Assembly (NCBI GenBank): GCA_009908855.1
Contig: JAAAOM010000033.1
Span: forward strand, 7,200-71,199
Length of the DNA stretch: 64,000 bases
Reading direction: 5' to 3'
DNA from: Bacteroidota bacterium
GTDB lineage: Bacteria > Bacteroidota > Bacteroidia > Bacteroidales > JAAAOM01
The notes below the pieces were generated by a model. That model searched no databases and was not told the origin of the DNA. It saw nothing but the letters and a program-made list of their open reading frames with translations. Shown piece after piece: positions 18,823 to 26,708 of this stretch; the stretch's first letter is position 1, and each line of letters starts with the position of its first letter. A program made the translations under genes and the position numbers.

Positions 18823-19755
18823 TCAAATTTCATCAACGCTATAAGTAATTATTTCGGGGGGGGTATTGTGATAAATTATTTCTGTTATAAGCGGTTTACA
18901 GTCAAAAAATTTTTTCAAAATACGTTTTTTCTCAGCTAAATCATCGGTGAGTAATAAAGACGTGGACAAGATTTCTGAATCAATGGCATTATTGGTAAGC
19001 GCACATACCATTTTGTTACCTTTTTGTATTTCTTTGGTTTTGGGGTTAAAGATGTGCCATAAGGCCGGCTGATTCGATGTTTCAATATCTCGTTGAAGTC
19101 CCGAAACCGATAAAAACTGATTATTTAGTTCTATTGTACAAGCACTTTGCGAAGGGCTATATATGTTTTTTATACCGATAGCCCAATTCTTACCAAACGG
19201 ATGAGTACCAATACCCATAATAGAGCTGTCGCCAAAATTTATAAGTCCGCTGGGTATTTGATTTTCAGAAACCATATCCGAAACCCGTTGCAGAGCCAAT
19301 CCCTTACCATACCCACCAAGGTCAATAGCTACATGCTCTGAAGTAAATTTAATGGTCCGCTTTGAAGGATTTGTAATAATGCTTTCATTTGCATTGATAT
19401 TAAAATCAAATGCATCATCTAATTGACTTGTGTTTTGCCCTTTGATCATTTTAAACACTTTCCCGTTAGAAACATCAAAATATCCCAACGTTTTGGCACA
19501 ATATTCCTGACAGGATAAGATTATATCAAATATTTCCTGGTCTACCGTCAGTTCTTTTTGCGAAGCGTATTGATTAACCAGAGAAATAGAACTATTGGAC
19601 TGATAAGTAGATAACTTTTGTTCAATACGTTTGGTTTCAGCAACAATAGAAGTATATAACCTCTGTGCAGTATCCTTTTCAACACCAAAAAACACCACAT
19701 CGAATCTTGTTCCCATTGCTTTGAAAGTGTTATGGTAATACTTCCCTGGTTCCAT
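18823..19755 (-). CDS. apbE: FAD:protein FMN transferase, ApbE family (no signal peptide)
   Basis: AMGT, DLGGYGKG, HIFNPKT, SEILST motifs. Confidence 0.85.
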   Translation of the reverse strand: MEPGKYYHNTFKAMGTRFDVVFFGVEKDTAQRLYTSIVAETKRIEQKLSTYQSNSSISLVNQYASQKELTVDQEIFDIILSCQEYCAKTLGYFDVSNGKVFKMIKGQNTSQLDDAFDFNINANESIITNPSKRTIKFTSEHVAIDLGGYGKGLALQRVSDMVSENQIPSGLINFGDSSIMGIGTHPFGKNWAIGIKNIYSPSQSACTIELNNQFLSVSGLQRDIETSNQPALWHIFNPKTKEIQKGNKMVCALTNNAIDSEILSTSLLLTDDLAEKKRILKKFFDCKPLITEIIYHNTPPEIITYSVDEI

Positions 19756-19931
19756 ATTGATATATTAAGTTGGAACAAAACACTCAGTGATTATTCTTAA
19801 AATAGTTACTATTGTGTTTTATGCTTTTCAGTTTTATATTTTACTTTTACTTGATAGGGAGGCCACAATGCAATAAATTAAGAGTACACACTGACCATGT
19901 GACGCTTAATTTATTGCAGAGATTATTCTGC

Positions 19932-21266
19932 TTAAACTTTTAATTCCCATCCCGGCTCATATTCCCTTGACCACATTTGCATGGCTTGCCCATCGTTACG
20001 GATACGGCCGGTTGTGTTATCAATGTATAGTGTTCGGCCTACTTCTTGTGATATATTACCCAAATGACAATACAGATTGCTAATTACCCCTTCATCAATG
20101 GGGGAATTCAATTTTGCCCCTTCCCGGATACCATCAATTAAGTTGTTAAAATGCAGTACATCCAGAGGACCGGAGCCACTGATATTAATGGTGGCTGATT
20201 GACCTTCTGCCTTTCGTTCCTTAACCAGGTTATTATCCATATCATAAAGTTTATAGATGTTTCTGTCCATCACCACGGTACCTTTTGTACCATGTATGGA
20301 AACACCACGTGACATGCCGTAAAATTGCATTGGATTACAACTTTTACCTTCCCAACTGATTATTTTATTGTCCGAGAACTCAAAATTCGCTATCTGCGTA
20401 TCATAAAATTCCCAATCATCATTAAAATGATACCTGCCTCCATTGGATGATACTTTATCAGGATAATCAACCTTTAAAGCCCAACGACAAATATCTAATT
20501 CGTGTATGGCATTGTTGTTGATTTCACCTGTACCCCAATTCCAAAACCAATGCCAATTATAATGCACAATGTTATCACGATATTGTTCACGGGGGGCCGG
20601 ACCCTGCCAAAGCTCCCAATCGAGCCATTCAGGCACCGGCACCACTTTGCCATACCCAATTGAGCCTCTGTTATTAGCATAAAAGGCCTTTCCATAGTAT
20701 GCTTCTCCAATAATTCCGTTATGAATATCATTAATAGCTTCAATGGTATGAGGAGCAGAACGTTGCTGATCACCCATCTGGATCAAAGGTTTGTATTTTT
20801 TCATGGTTTCAACCAGCAACTCGCCTTCCCGGGGGTTATGAGAGCAGGGTTTTTCAATATATACATGTTTGCCTGCCTGCGCGGCCATAACAGTCATAGG
20901 AGCATGCCAATGCTCTGGTGTGGCAATGGCAACTGCATCCAGGTCATCATTTTCAAGAAGCTTGCGATAATCTTTTACAGCTTTAGGCGTTTTGCCGGTA
21001 TACTTTTCTACCATTGCGGCTGATTCTTCCAGAACCCGGGAATCAACATCACAAACATACCCTACCGAAGCGTTCTTTGCATCAATAATGGCTGATACAA
21101 GTGCTTTACCCCTTCCGTTTAGCCCTACTACTGCAAAATTTACATGATCATTTGCCCCAAGAATGTTTTTGGCTGATGCTGCTGCTGACAAATGATAAGC
21201 TCCCAAAGTAACACCTGCAGCTCCTAAACCTGATTTCTTAATAAATTCACGTCTTGATTTATCCAT
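19932..21266 (-). CDS. Tat-exported Gfo/Idh/MocA family oxidoreductase
   Basis: SRREFIK; VVGLNGRG; IATPEHWH; HVYIEKP; LDWELWQGPAP. Confidence 0.94.
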   Translation of the reverse strand: MDKSRREFIKKSGLGAAGVTLGAYHLSAAASAKNILGANDHVNFAVVGLNGRGKALVSAIIDAKNASVGYVCDVDSRVLEESAAMVEKYTGKTPKAVKDYRKLLENDDLDAVAIATPEHWHAPMTVMAAQAGKHVYIEKPCSHNPREGELLVETMKKYKPLIQMGDQQRSAPHTIEAINDIHNGIIGEAYYGKAFYANNRGSIGYGKVVPVPEWLDWELWQGPAPREQYRDNIVHYNWHWFWNWGTGEINNNAIHELDICRWALKVDYPDKVSSNGGRYHFNDDWEFYDTQIANFEFSDNKIISWEGKSCNPMQFYGMSRGVSIHGTKGTVVMDRNIYKLYDMDNNLVKERKAEGQSATINISGSGPLDVLHFNNLIDGIREGAKLNSPIDEGVISNLYCHLGNISQEVGRTLYIDNTTGRIRNDGQAMQMWSREYEPGWELKV

Positions 21267-21285
21267 TTTTTATTAATTAAGTGGG

Positions 21286-22653
21286 TTATTTAATTGTTTT
21301 GATTTTTATACTCCTAAAAGCCACTCTATTGCCATGATCCTGTAAGAGTATATGCCCTTTCTCTGCTTTTCCAAAGTTTTCCCATTTGGCATACTTACTT
21401 TCAGATACAAGCCTGTTAAAATTCTCGCTAAAACGGTCGTATTCCAATACCTTGAAATTATTCAGCCAATGCTCAGCGTGTTGTCCGTCAGATTTCACAA
21501 TGGCAAAGTTCCATTGTCCCACACCGGCGAACCGTTTATTTTCCGCTTTTTTTAGGTCATAAAGCGAGCTTAAGGTACGGCTCCCTTCATGATTACCAAG
21601 TTTGGCATCCGGATGTCTTTGATCATCCAATATCTGATACTCTAACCCAATGGCTGATCCTTCTGTTTCTTCATCTTCAGTAACGTAATACTTAATACCG
21701 CTATTTGCCCCTTCGGTTATTTTAAACTCCAGTTTGATTTCAAATTTATCATATTCACTGAGGGTAACAATATCACCACCATGTTCTGCTTCCCCTCCTC
21801 CTGATTCTTGTACAATAAGTTCGCCATTTTGTACGACCCAGCCAGTTTTAGGAAAACTATCTCTATGCGCGCCACGCCAATTTTCAGTACCCTTACCGTC
21901 AAATAATAATTCCCATCCATCCTCAATTTCGTTTTTTGTAAGTTTGTTAACCAAACGAGATTCTTGAGGGGCCGTTGATTCAAGCATATAATTTTCCGGA
22001 TTTTCTGTGATTATTCGGATGTTTCTCCATTTCATGGCATCCCCTTCCTTGCCATATCCTTCATGAACACTATGAACCTGTAGTCCTATAAAACCTACAT
22101 GATTCATTTCATCCAGGATATTAGCTGCAGATATACCGTTTACGTAAGTACGGATGGTATCTCCAATGGCTTCAATGCGTATTTTATTCCATTCTCCCGC
22201 TTTATATGCTGACCGGGCTTTGGTGTTTAGCGTAAGAGGGTATATCCAGCCGCGTCGGGATTCATCGTAAATACCTCCTGTCCATGCCCTGTCAGAGGGA
22301 TCAATTTCGCATTGGTAACCATGCACCCGGCCATCTTTATAATCGGGTATGCTATTACTACGAAATTGAATGCCTGAATTTAAATTACCTTGTCCTTTTA
22401 CTTCCAATTCGAGAATGAAATCACTGTAGTTGTTATTCGTACATAAAAAAGTGTTTGGTGTATTGGCTATTGCCGTGCCCACAATCACTCCGTTTTCAAC
22501 GTTATATGTTGCTTCTCCGCCTTTACGTTTCCAGCCCTCTAAGTCGGTGCCATTGAAAATATCAACCCAGGGTTCTGGATTATTTGTACATGAAATACTC
22601 AATAATAGTATTGATAGCAAATAAATACTTCTTTTAATGTTGTGCATATTCAT
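21286..22653 (-). CDS. Tandem DUF1080 (3-keto-disaccharide hydrolase) lipoprotein
   Basis: Lipobox LSISC; two domains with FNGTDLEGW/LFDGK, NSGI, GYQCEI/EYQILD, IGLQVH/ILLQDHG. Confidence 0.92.
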   Translation of the reverse strand: MNMHNIKRSIYLLSILLLSISCTNNPEPWVDIFNGTDLEGWKRKGGEATYNVENGVIVGTAIANTPNTFLCTNNNYSDFILELEVKGQGNLNSGIQFRSNSIPDYKDGRVHGYQCEIDPSDRAWTGGIYDESRRGWIYPLTLNTKARSAYKAGEWNKIRIEAIGDTIRTYVNGISAANILDEMNHVGFIGLQVHSVHEGYGKEGDAMKWRNIRIITENPENYMLESTAPQESRLVNKLTKNEIEDGWELLFDGKGTENWRGAHRDSFPKTGWVVQNGELIVQESGGGEAEHGGDIVTLSEYDKFEIKLEFKITEGANSGIKYYVTEDEETEGSAIGLEYQILDDQRHPDAKLGNHEGSRTLSSLYDLKKAENKRFAGVGQWNFAIVKSDGQHAEHWLNNFKVLEYDRFSENFNRLVSESKYAKWENFGKAEKGHILLQDHGNRVAFRSIKIKTIK

Positions 22654-23053
22654 AGTTTTATGGTTTAAATTAAATAACAGAGAACTATATGTGTTATTTA
22701 TCAATTGATTAACTAGAGGCTTATAGATTTATAAACCATAAATAAACATTTTTTTTATAAATTCCAATTTTGACTATCCTGAATTATCCCTATGTTTTTC
22801 ATAATAAGTTAAAGCCCCTTAGGGATAGCTTGTAATGGTACTTCTTGCAATCAAAAGCTTTAGGCGACTTTTTTCAATGGTGGTGGGCAGAACCACATTT
22901 ACCGCAGACCTTGATCTGCTTAAGGCTGTAATTTTAATAAGTGCTGTACAAATTTCATCTGTTTATTACCTGAAGGTGGCAAAAAGGTACGGAAAACCGG
23001 AAAGATGATACTGCAAATAGGGCCCCAGGTTTTTAAATAGTCCTGCAACAACG

Positions 23054-23263
23054 CTAAATGACATGATACAATCATTAAATGAGGTGCAACATTGATTGAA
23101 CGACCGGCGCAAACCGTTAAACCAGGTGTAACAATGATTGAATGACTAAATTAAGTTGTTAAACGAGGTTGGCATGTTGTTAAACGGAGTTGGCTTTTTA
23201 TTCAATGCATTTCCGAAAAGGCTTAACAATGCTTAATGTTAACTGAATGATATGGCATTATTT
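23054..23263. repeat. Degenerate tandem array of 10 x 21 bp, consensus YTRAAYGAN-N12
   Basis: Units begin at 23054, 23075, 23096, 23117, 23138, 23159, 23180, 23201, 23222 and 23243 with no indels. Confidence 0.8.
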
Positions 23264-23485
23264 GAAAAAACCGGTCAATCTTCGCCCAACCTTGAAATTT
23301 ACCGGTAGCTATATTTGTAAATTTTGTATTTTGTTGTGAACAAATTCTTCATATTTAATGGGCAAAATAGTTATAAATGCAATAACGATATAATGATGTT
23401 TTGCCTGCAATAGCAGCAGAGTGATATAGCAACAAAAATTCTGATTTGATTTTGATTAAGTAAACTAATTGGTTAACTTTACGGA

Positions 23486-23827
23486 ATGATTAGAAAGATA
23501 ATTGCGTACAAAGACAATTTTGTGAACTTCTATAAAAGTCAAGATTTACAAGTTCAGGAAAAAATTGAATATGTACTTGATTTGGTGAGATTTGAAAGAC
23601 AAGTACCGAAAAAATTTTACAAATTACTTGAAAATACAGATGGGATTTGGGAAATAAGAGTAATAACGACTTTTAAAAGCATTCGGATTCTGTGTTTTCA
23701 AGATAAAGGTAACCTAGTAGTGCTGACAAATTGCTTTCTAAAAAAATCGCAGAAAACTCCAAAAAAGGAGATAAAAACTGCAGAGAATTTGAAAAAAGAG
23801 TATTTGACAGATAAATACGGAGGATAA
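23486..23827 (+). CDS. RelE/ParE-superfamily toxin (HigB/Gp49-like)
   Basis: DGIWEIRV, RILCF, VVLTNCFLKKSQKTPKKEI; toxin-first order. Confidence 0.9.
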   Translation: MIRKIIAYKDNFVNFYKSQDLQVQEKIEYVLDLVRFERQVPKKFYKLLENTDGIWEIRVITTFKSIRILCFQDKGNLVVLTNCFLKKSQKTPKKEIKTAENLKKEYLTDKYGG

Positions 23828-23830
23828 ATA

Positions 23831-24121
23831 ATGAAAAATGTTACTGATTTCGAGGACTTATTAAAAGACAAGTATGGAGAAAAAGGTACTCCATCAAGAG
23901 ATAAGTATGACGCTGATTCTCTATCTTTTAGATTAGGAATTATGCTTAAAGAGGCGAGAAAAGAGGCGCAAATTACCCAACAGGAACTTGCTGCAAAAAC
24001 CGGGACAAAAAAAAGCTATATCTCACGGATTGAGAGAGGTCAAAGTGATATCCAGATTTCGACTTATTACAAATTGATTGAGATGGGATTGGGTAAACAC
24101 CTAAATATTTCGATTGGATAA
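23831..24121 (+). CDS. XRE-family HTH antitoxin (HigA-like)
   Basis: ITQQELAAKTGTKKSYISRIERG; 3 bp after the toxin stop. Confidence 0.9.
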   Translation: MKNVTDFEDLLKDKYGEKGTPSRDKYDADSLSFRLGIMLKEARKEAQITQQELAAKTGTKKSYISRIERGQSDIQISTYYKLIEMGLGKHLNISIG

Positions 24122-24130
24122 AAAGCTACA

Positions 24131-24263
24131 GCAGGCAACACACGGTATAGCCAATAAGGGTTTCAATGGTATGCGAAGGTTTGTAGTCCGCTTCAAATTT
24201 TCGTGTAACTTGATAGGTGATTAGCCCGCAATCCCTTACTGGCCATACCCCTGTCCGTTGGGC
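24131..24263 (+). repeat. attC-like recombination site
   Basis: GCAGGCAAC...GTTGGGC ends; 17-bp inner dyad 24144-24160 / 24233-24249 whose two mismatches are A.C on the top strand and G.T on the bottom strand. Confidence 0.78.
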
Positions 24264-24380
24264 CATTTCTTGAATTTCGCAGCGAAAGAAAAATTGCGGG
24301 AGAAATGAGTATTGAGTATAGATTTTCTATATTTTTTGGGTTATATTTGTACAGATTAATGTACGTTAAAATGTATTGTC

Positions 24381-24632
24381 ATGTTAACAACAACGATTAC
24401 AGATTTTAGAAAAGATATAAAAAGATATCTGGATAATGTTACTCAAAATTTTGAGACTTTGATTATAAATCGGGGAAAAGATACTGGAGTCGTGATAATG
24501 TCATTAGATGAATATAATTCGTTATCAGCTACCCAACATGAATTATCTAGTAAGGCTAATGAGAAAAGGCTTGATTCAGCAATAGAAAAATTCAATAATG
24601 GTTTATCATTTGAAAATGATTTGCCTGAGTGA
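24381..24632 (+). CDS. yefM: Phd/YefM family antitoxin
   Basis: TDFRKDIKRYLD, VVIMSLDEYNSL; upstream TATATTTG promoter box overlapping a TGTACA/TGTACG operator-like pair. Confidence 0.92.
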   Translation: MLTTTITDFRKDIKRYLDNVTQNFETLIINRGKDTGVVIMSLDEYNSLSATQHELSSKANEKRLDSAIEKFNNGLSFENDLPE

Positions 24633-24889
24633 TGAAATATGTATTTGTAGATGAGTCTTGGGAAGATTATTTATATTGGCAAAATACCGATAAAAAGGTT
24701 GGTAAAAAAATAAATAAACTGTTGAAAGATATTGCTCGCCAACCTTTTTCAGGATTAGGAAAGCCAGAGCCACTAAAATATAAATACATAGGATTTTGGT
24801 CTCGTAGAATTACAGACGAACATAGATTAATTTATAAATACCGAGAAAATGAAATTTTAATTGCTAAGTGTCGATTCCATTATGATTAG
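24632..24889 (+). CDS. yoeB: Txe/YoeB family toxin
   Basis: WEDYLYWQ, GLGKPEPLK, WSRRITDEHRLIY, CRFHY; TGATG overlap with yefM. Confidence 0.95.
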   Translation: MKYVFVDESWEDYLYWQNTDKKVGKKINKLLKDIARQPFSGLGKPEPLKYKYIGFWSRRITDEHRLIYKYRENEILIAKCRFHYD

Positions 24890-25221
24890 ATGGTTAATTT
24901 TCATGACTTTTCTACTATCTATTGGAGTAAATAATCAGGATAAATTATTAGAAATTGTGAAGTTTATAATACAAGAATTGTTTTAGATTAGATTCTTAAA
25001 TGCATCTTTGGAGGCTGAAACACAAATAATGCCTTTTTTCGAATACAGAATAACATTAATAATTGTAGAGAAATGAAATATAATTTTGTACTTATATAAA
25101 GCGATGGTGAAAGCGGCTTCTGGGTTTATGCCCAACGTTAGCAAAAATGCCGTGAGAGCGTCGTACAAGAAAAACCACCAGTAAATTACCATATTGGTAA
25201 CATTTTCGTATCTTTATCAGT

Positions 25222-25320
25222 AGATTGATTACGCATATAAACTATTTGAGACAGTGGGTTTTTATTAGATTCATTGGTACGCACACAGATTATAATAAAA
25301 TTGACGCAGAAAAAATTTGA
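25222..25320 (+). pseudogene. higB: 3' remnant of a HigB toxin gene
   Basis: Reads RLITHINYLRQWVFIRFIGTHTDYNKIDAEKI*, the typical HigB C-terminus; the 5' part is missing directly behind the TTACCATATTGGTAA dyad. Confidence 0.85.
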
Positions 25321-25682
25321 TTGCTACGAATATTAAAGTGATTAAAAACGAGGATGATTACCAAAAAGCTCTTGAAAGATTTGAGGTGATATTTGATGCC
25401 GCGATTGATTCTCCCGAAGGAGATGAAGCGGAGATTTTAAGCATCTTGATTGAGAAGTACGAGGATGAGCATTATCCGATTGGACCACCTGATCCGATTG
25501 AAGCGATTAAGTTTCGAATGGAGCAGATGGATATGAAAAAAAGTGATTTGGCTAAGATAATTGGATACAAAAGTAGAGTTTCCGGGATTTTTAGCAGAAA
25601 GCGTAAATTGACTTTGCCGATGATACGTAAGCTGCATGAAACTTTAAAAATTCCATACGAATCATTGATTGCAGATTACTAA
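25317..25682 (+). CDS. higA: HigA antitoxin (HTH); expected ATG appears as ACG at 25326
   Basis: IKNEDDYQKAL, LIEKYEDEHYPI, PDPIEAIKFRMEQ, RKLTLPMIRKLH. Confidence 0.88.
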   Translation: MIATNIKVIKNEDDYQKALERFEVIFDAAIDSPEGDEAEILSILIEKYEDEHYPIGPPDPIEAIKFRMEQMDMKKSDLAKIIGYKSRVSGIFSRKRKLTLPMIRKLHETLKIPYESLIADY

Positions 25683-25697
25683 TGGCGCATTTTGCTA

Positions 25698-25960
25698 ATC
25701 GAGTAGATGGCTGACAGGATTGTAGCCCTGCCGGTGCAACTTTCACAACTTGTCCCGCACCTTTGGTCGGGGCCACCTACCCCAAAAGCTTTCGGGAAAT
25801 CACGTATACGCCGATTCTCCAAATCAAAGGGAAATACTAACTTAAAAAGTTAGAATACCTGCTTTTTCAAGCGGGTATTGCGTAAAAACAGGAGAGACGG
25901 AATGATAATACGCAAGAAGTGATTCATAGACCCGTTTTTTTCAGCCTGCTAATGGAGACG
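25698..25960 (-). mobile_element. 3' remnant of a group IIC-attC-type intron (IEP C-terminus, degenerate domain V, domain VI)
   Basis: Minus strand: frameshifted SISRLKK-RVYESLLAYYHSVSP, then GAATCGGCGTATACG (cf. GAACCGCCGTATACG), TGTGAAAG and terminal CATCTACTCGAT joined to TAGC of the attC-like end. Confidence 0.78.
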
Positions 25961-26099
25961 CTCACTCCCCGGATAAAATGACAAGCGCCCTAACACCTTG
26001 AAATAGAATGGAATATTATTTTACACTAAAAGTGTAAACCTATTTAAACAAAAAGGCCAGGAGGTACGTGTTATTTAATATTCATTTGCACGGATAAAT

Positions 26100-26474
26100 A
26101 GAGAACCTTTCGCTGAATACTCTTCCCAAGTGATAGGTTTATGTAAGACTGTTAAAATAAAAGGATTTGTAACGCCAGTGATTTATAGTAATGTTTATTA
26201 CTTATTGAGACAAACAGCCAAGCATGACAAAGTGATTGTTAATCTTAAGCAATTACTAACAATTACAGATATCTTGAATATGGATAGAGAAGTAGTGAGC
26301 AATGCCTTAAATTCCCGATTTAGCGATTTTGAGGATAGTTTACAGAATTTTGCAGCAATGAAAAATGGGGAAATTGATGTAATTCTGACACGTAATTTAA
26401 AAGATTATAATAAAAGTGAGATTGGGGTATTAACACCAGAATCATATATCAAATCGATTATAGCCAGCCGCTAA
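26100..26474 (+). pseudogene. 5'-truncated PIN-domain (VapC-like) toxin
   Basis: REPFAEYS...DFEDSLQ...ILTRNLKDY; the N-terminal DT(N/D) strand is absent, there is an in-frame stop at 26076, and no antitoxin is visible. Confidence 0.82.
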
Positions 26475-26543
26475 TCGAGCAGGAAGTCGCCCGACATAGC
26501 CTGGTGGTGCATCGCTCACAACTTGTCCCGCACCATTGGTCGG
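26474..26543 (-). mobile_element. Second group II intron 3'-end remnant
   Basis: GCCGCTA|ATCGAGCAG junction parallels GCTA|ATCGAGTAG; 26516-26543 matches 25743-25770 at 27/28. Confidence 0.7.
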
Positions 26544-26708
26544 AACCGAGATTTTTGTTGAGCAATCTGATAGGTTCAAAGCGTATGCAAATCGCACGAT
26601 CCAAACCTATTGTTCAGCGCAGCGGATGCCATACTGCCTTCCGTTAAATGACGGGCGATTGAAAATATCATACTACTCTTTTAAGCCCGGATAAACACAT
26701 ATTTTTAT

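Larger units (their letters stand above)
23401..26649 (+). mobile_element. Integron-like cassette array without integrase (CALIN-like) carrying toxin-antitoxin modules
   Basis: Cassette starts (TTGCCTGCAATAGC 23401; TTGGGC 24258; TTAGCAAAAATGCC 25138) are complementary to sequences after their genes (GCTACAGCAGGCAAC 24125-24139; GCCCAAC 25130-25136; GCATTTTGCTA 25687-25697); GTT crossover motifs at 24257, 25137 and 26643. Confidence 0.72.

Noticed and set aside
22760-23050. Integron integrase remnant upstream of the cassette array
   Set aside because: I could not recognise tyrosine-recombinase motifs in the short frames; a blastx would be needed to exclude a very decayed copy.
23054-23263. 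CRISPR array
   Set aside because: The conserved part is only ~8 degenerate bp with 12-bp spacers, and there are no cas genes in the window.
24307-24316. GAGTATTGAG matching the tmRNA-flanking repeat core
   Set aside because: Only a short match with no flanking similarity; plausible by chance.
25591-25776. 61-aa minus-strand ORF
   Set aside because: It runs through the intron domain V/VI relic and antisense to higA, and is better explained as non-coding.
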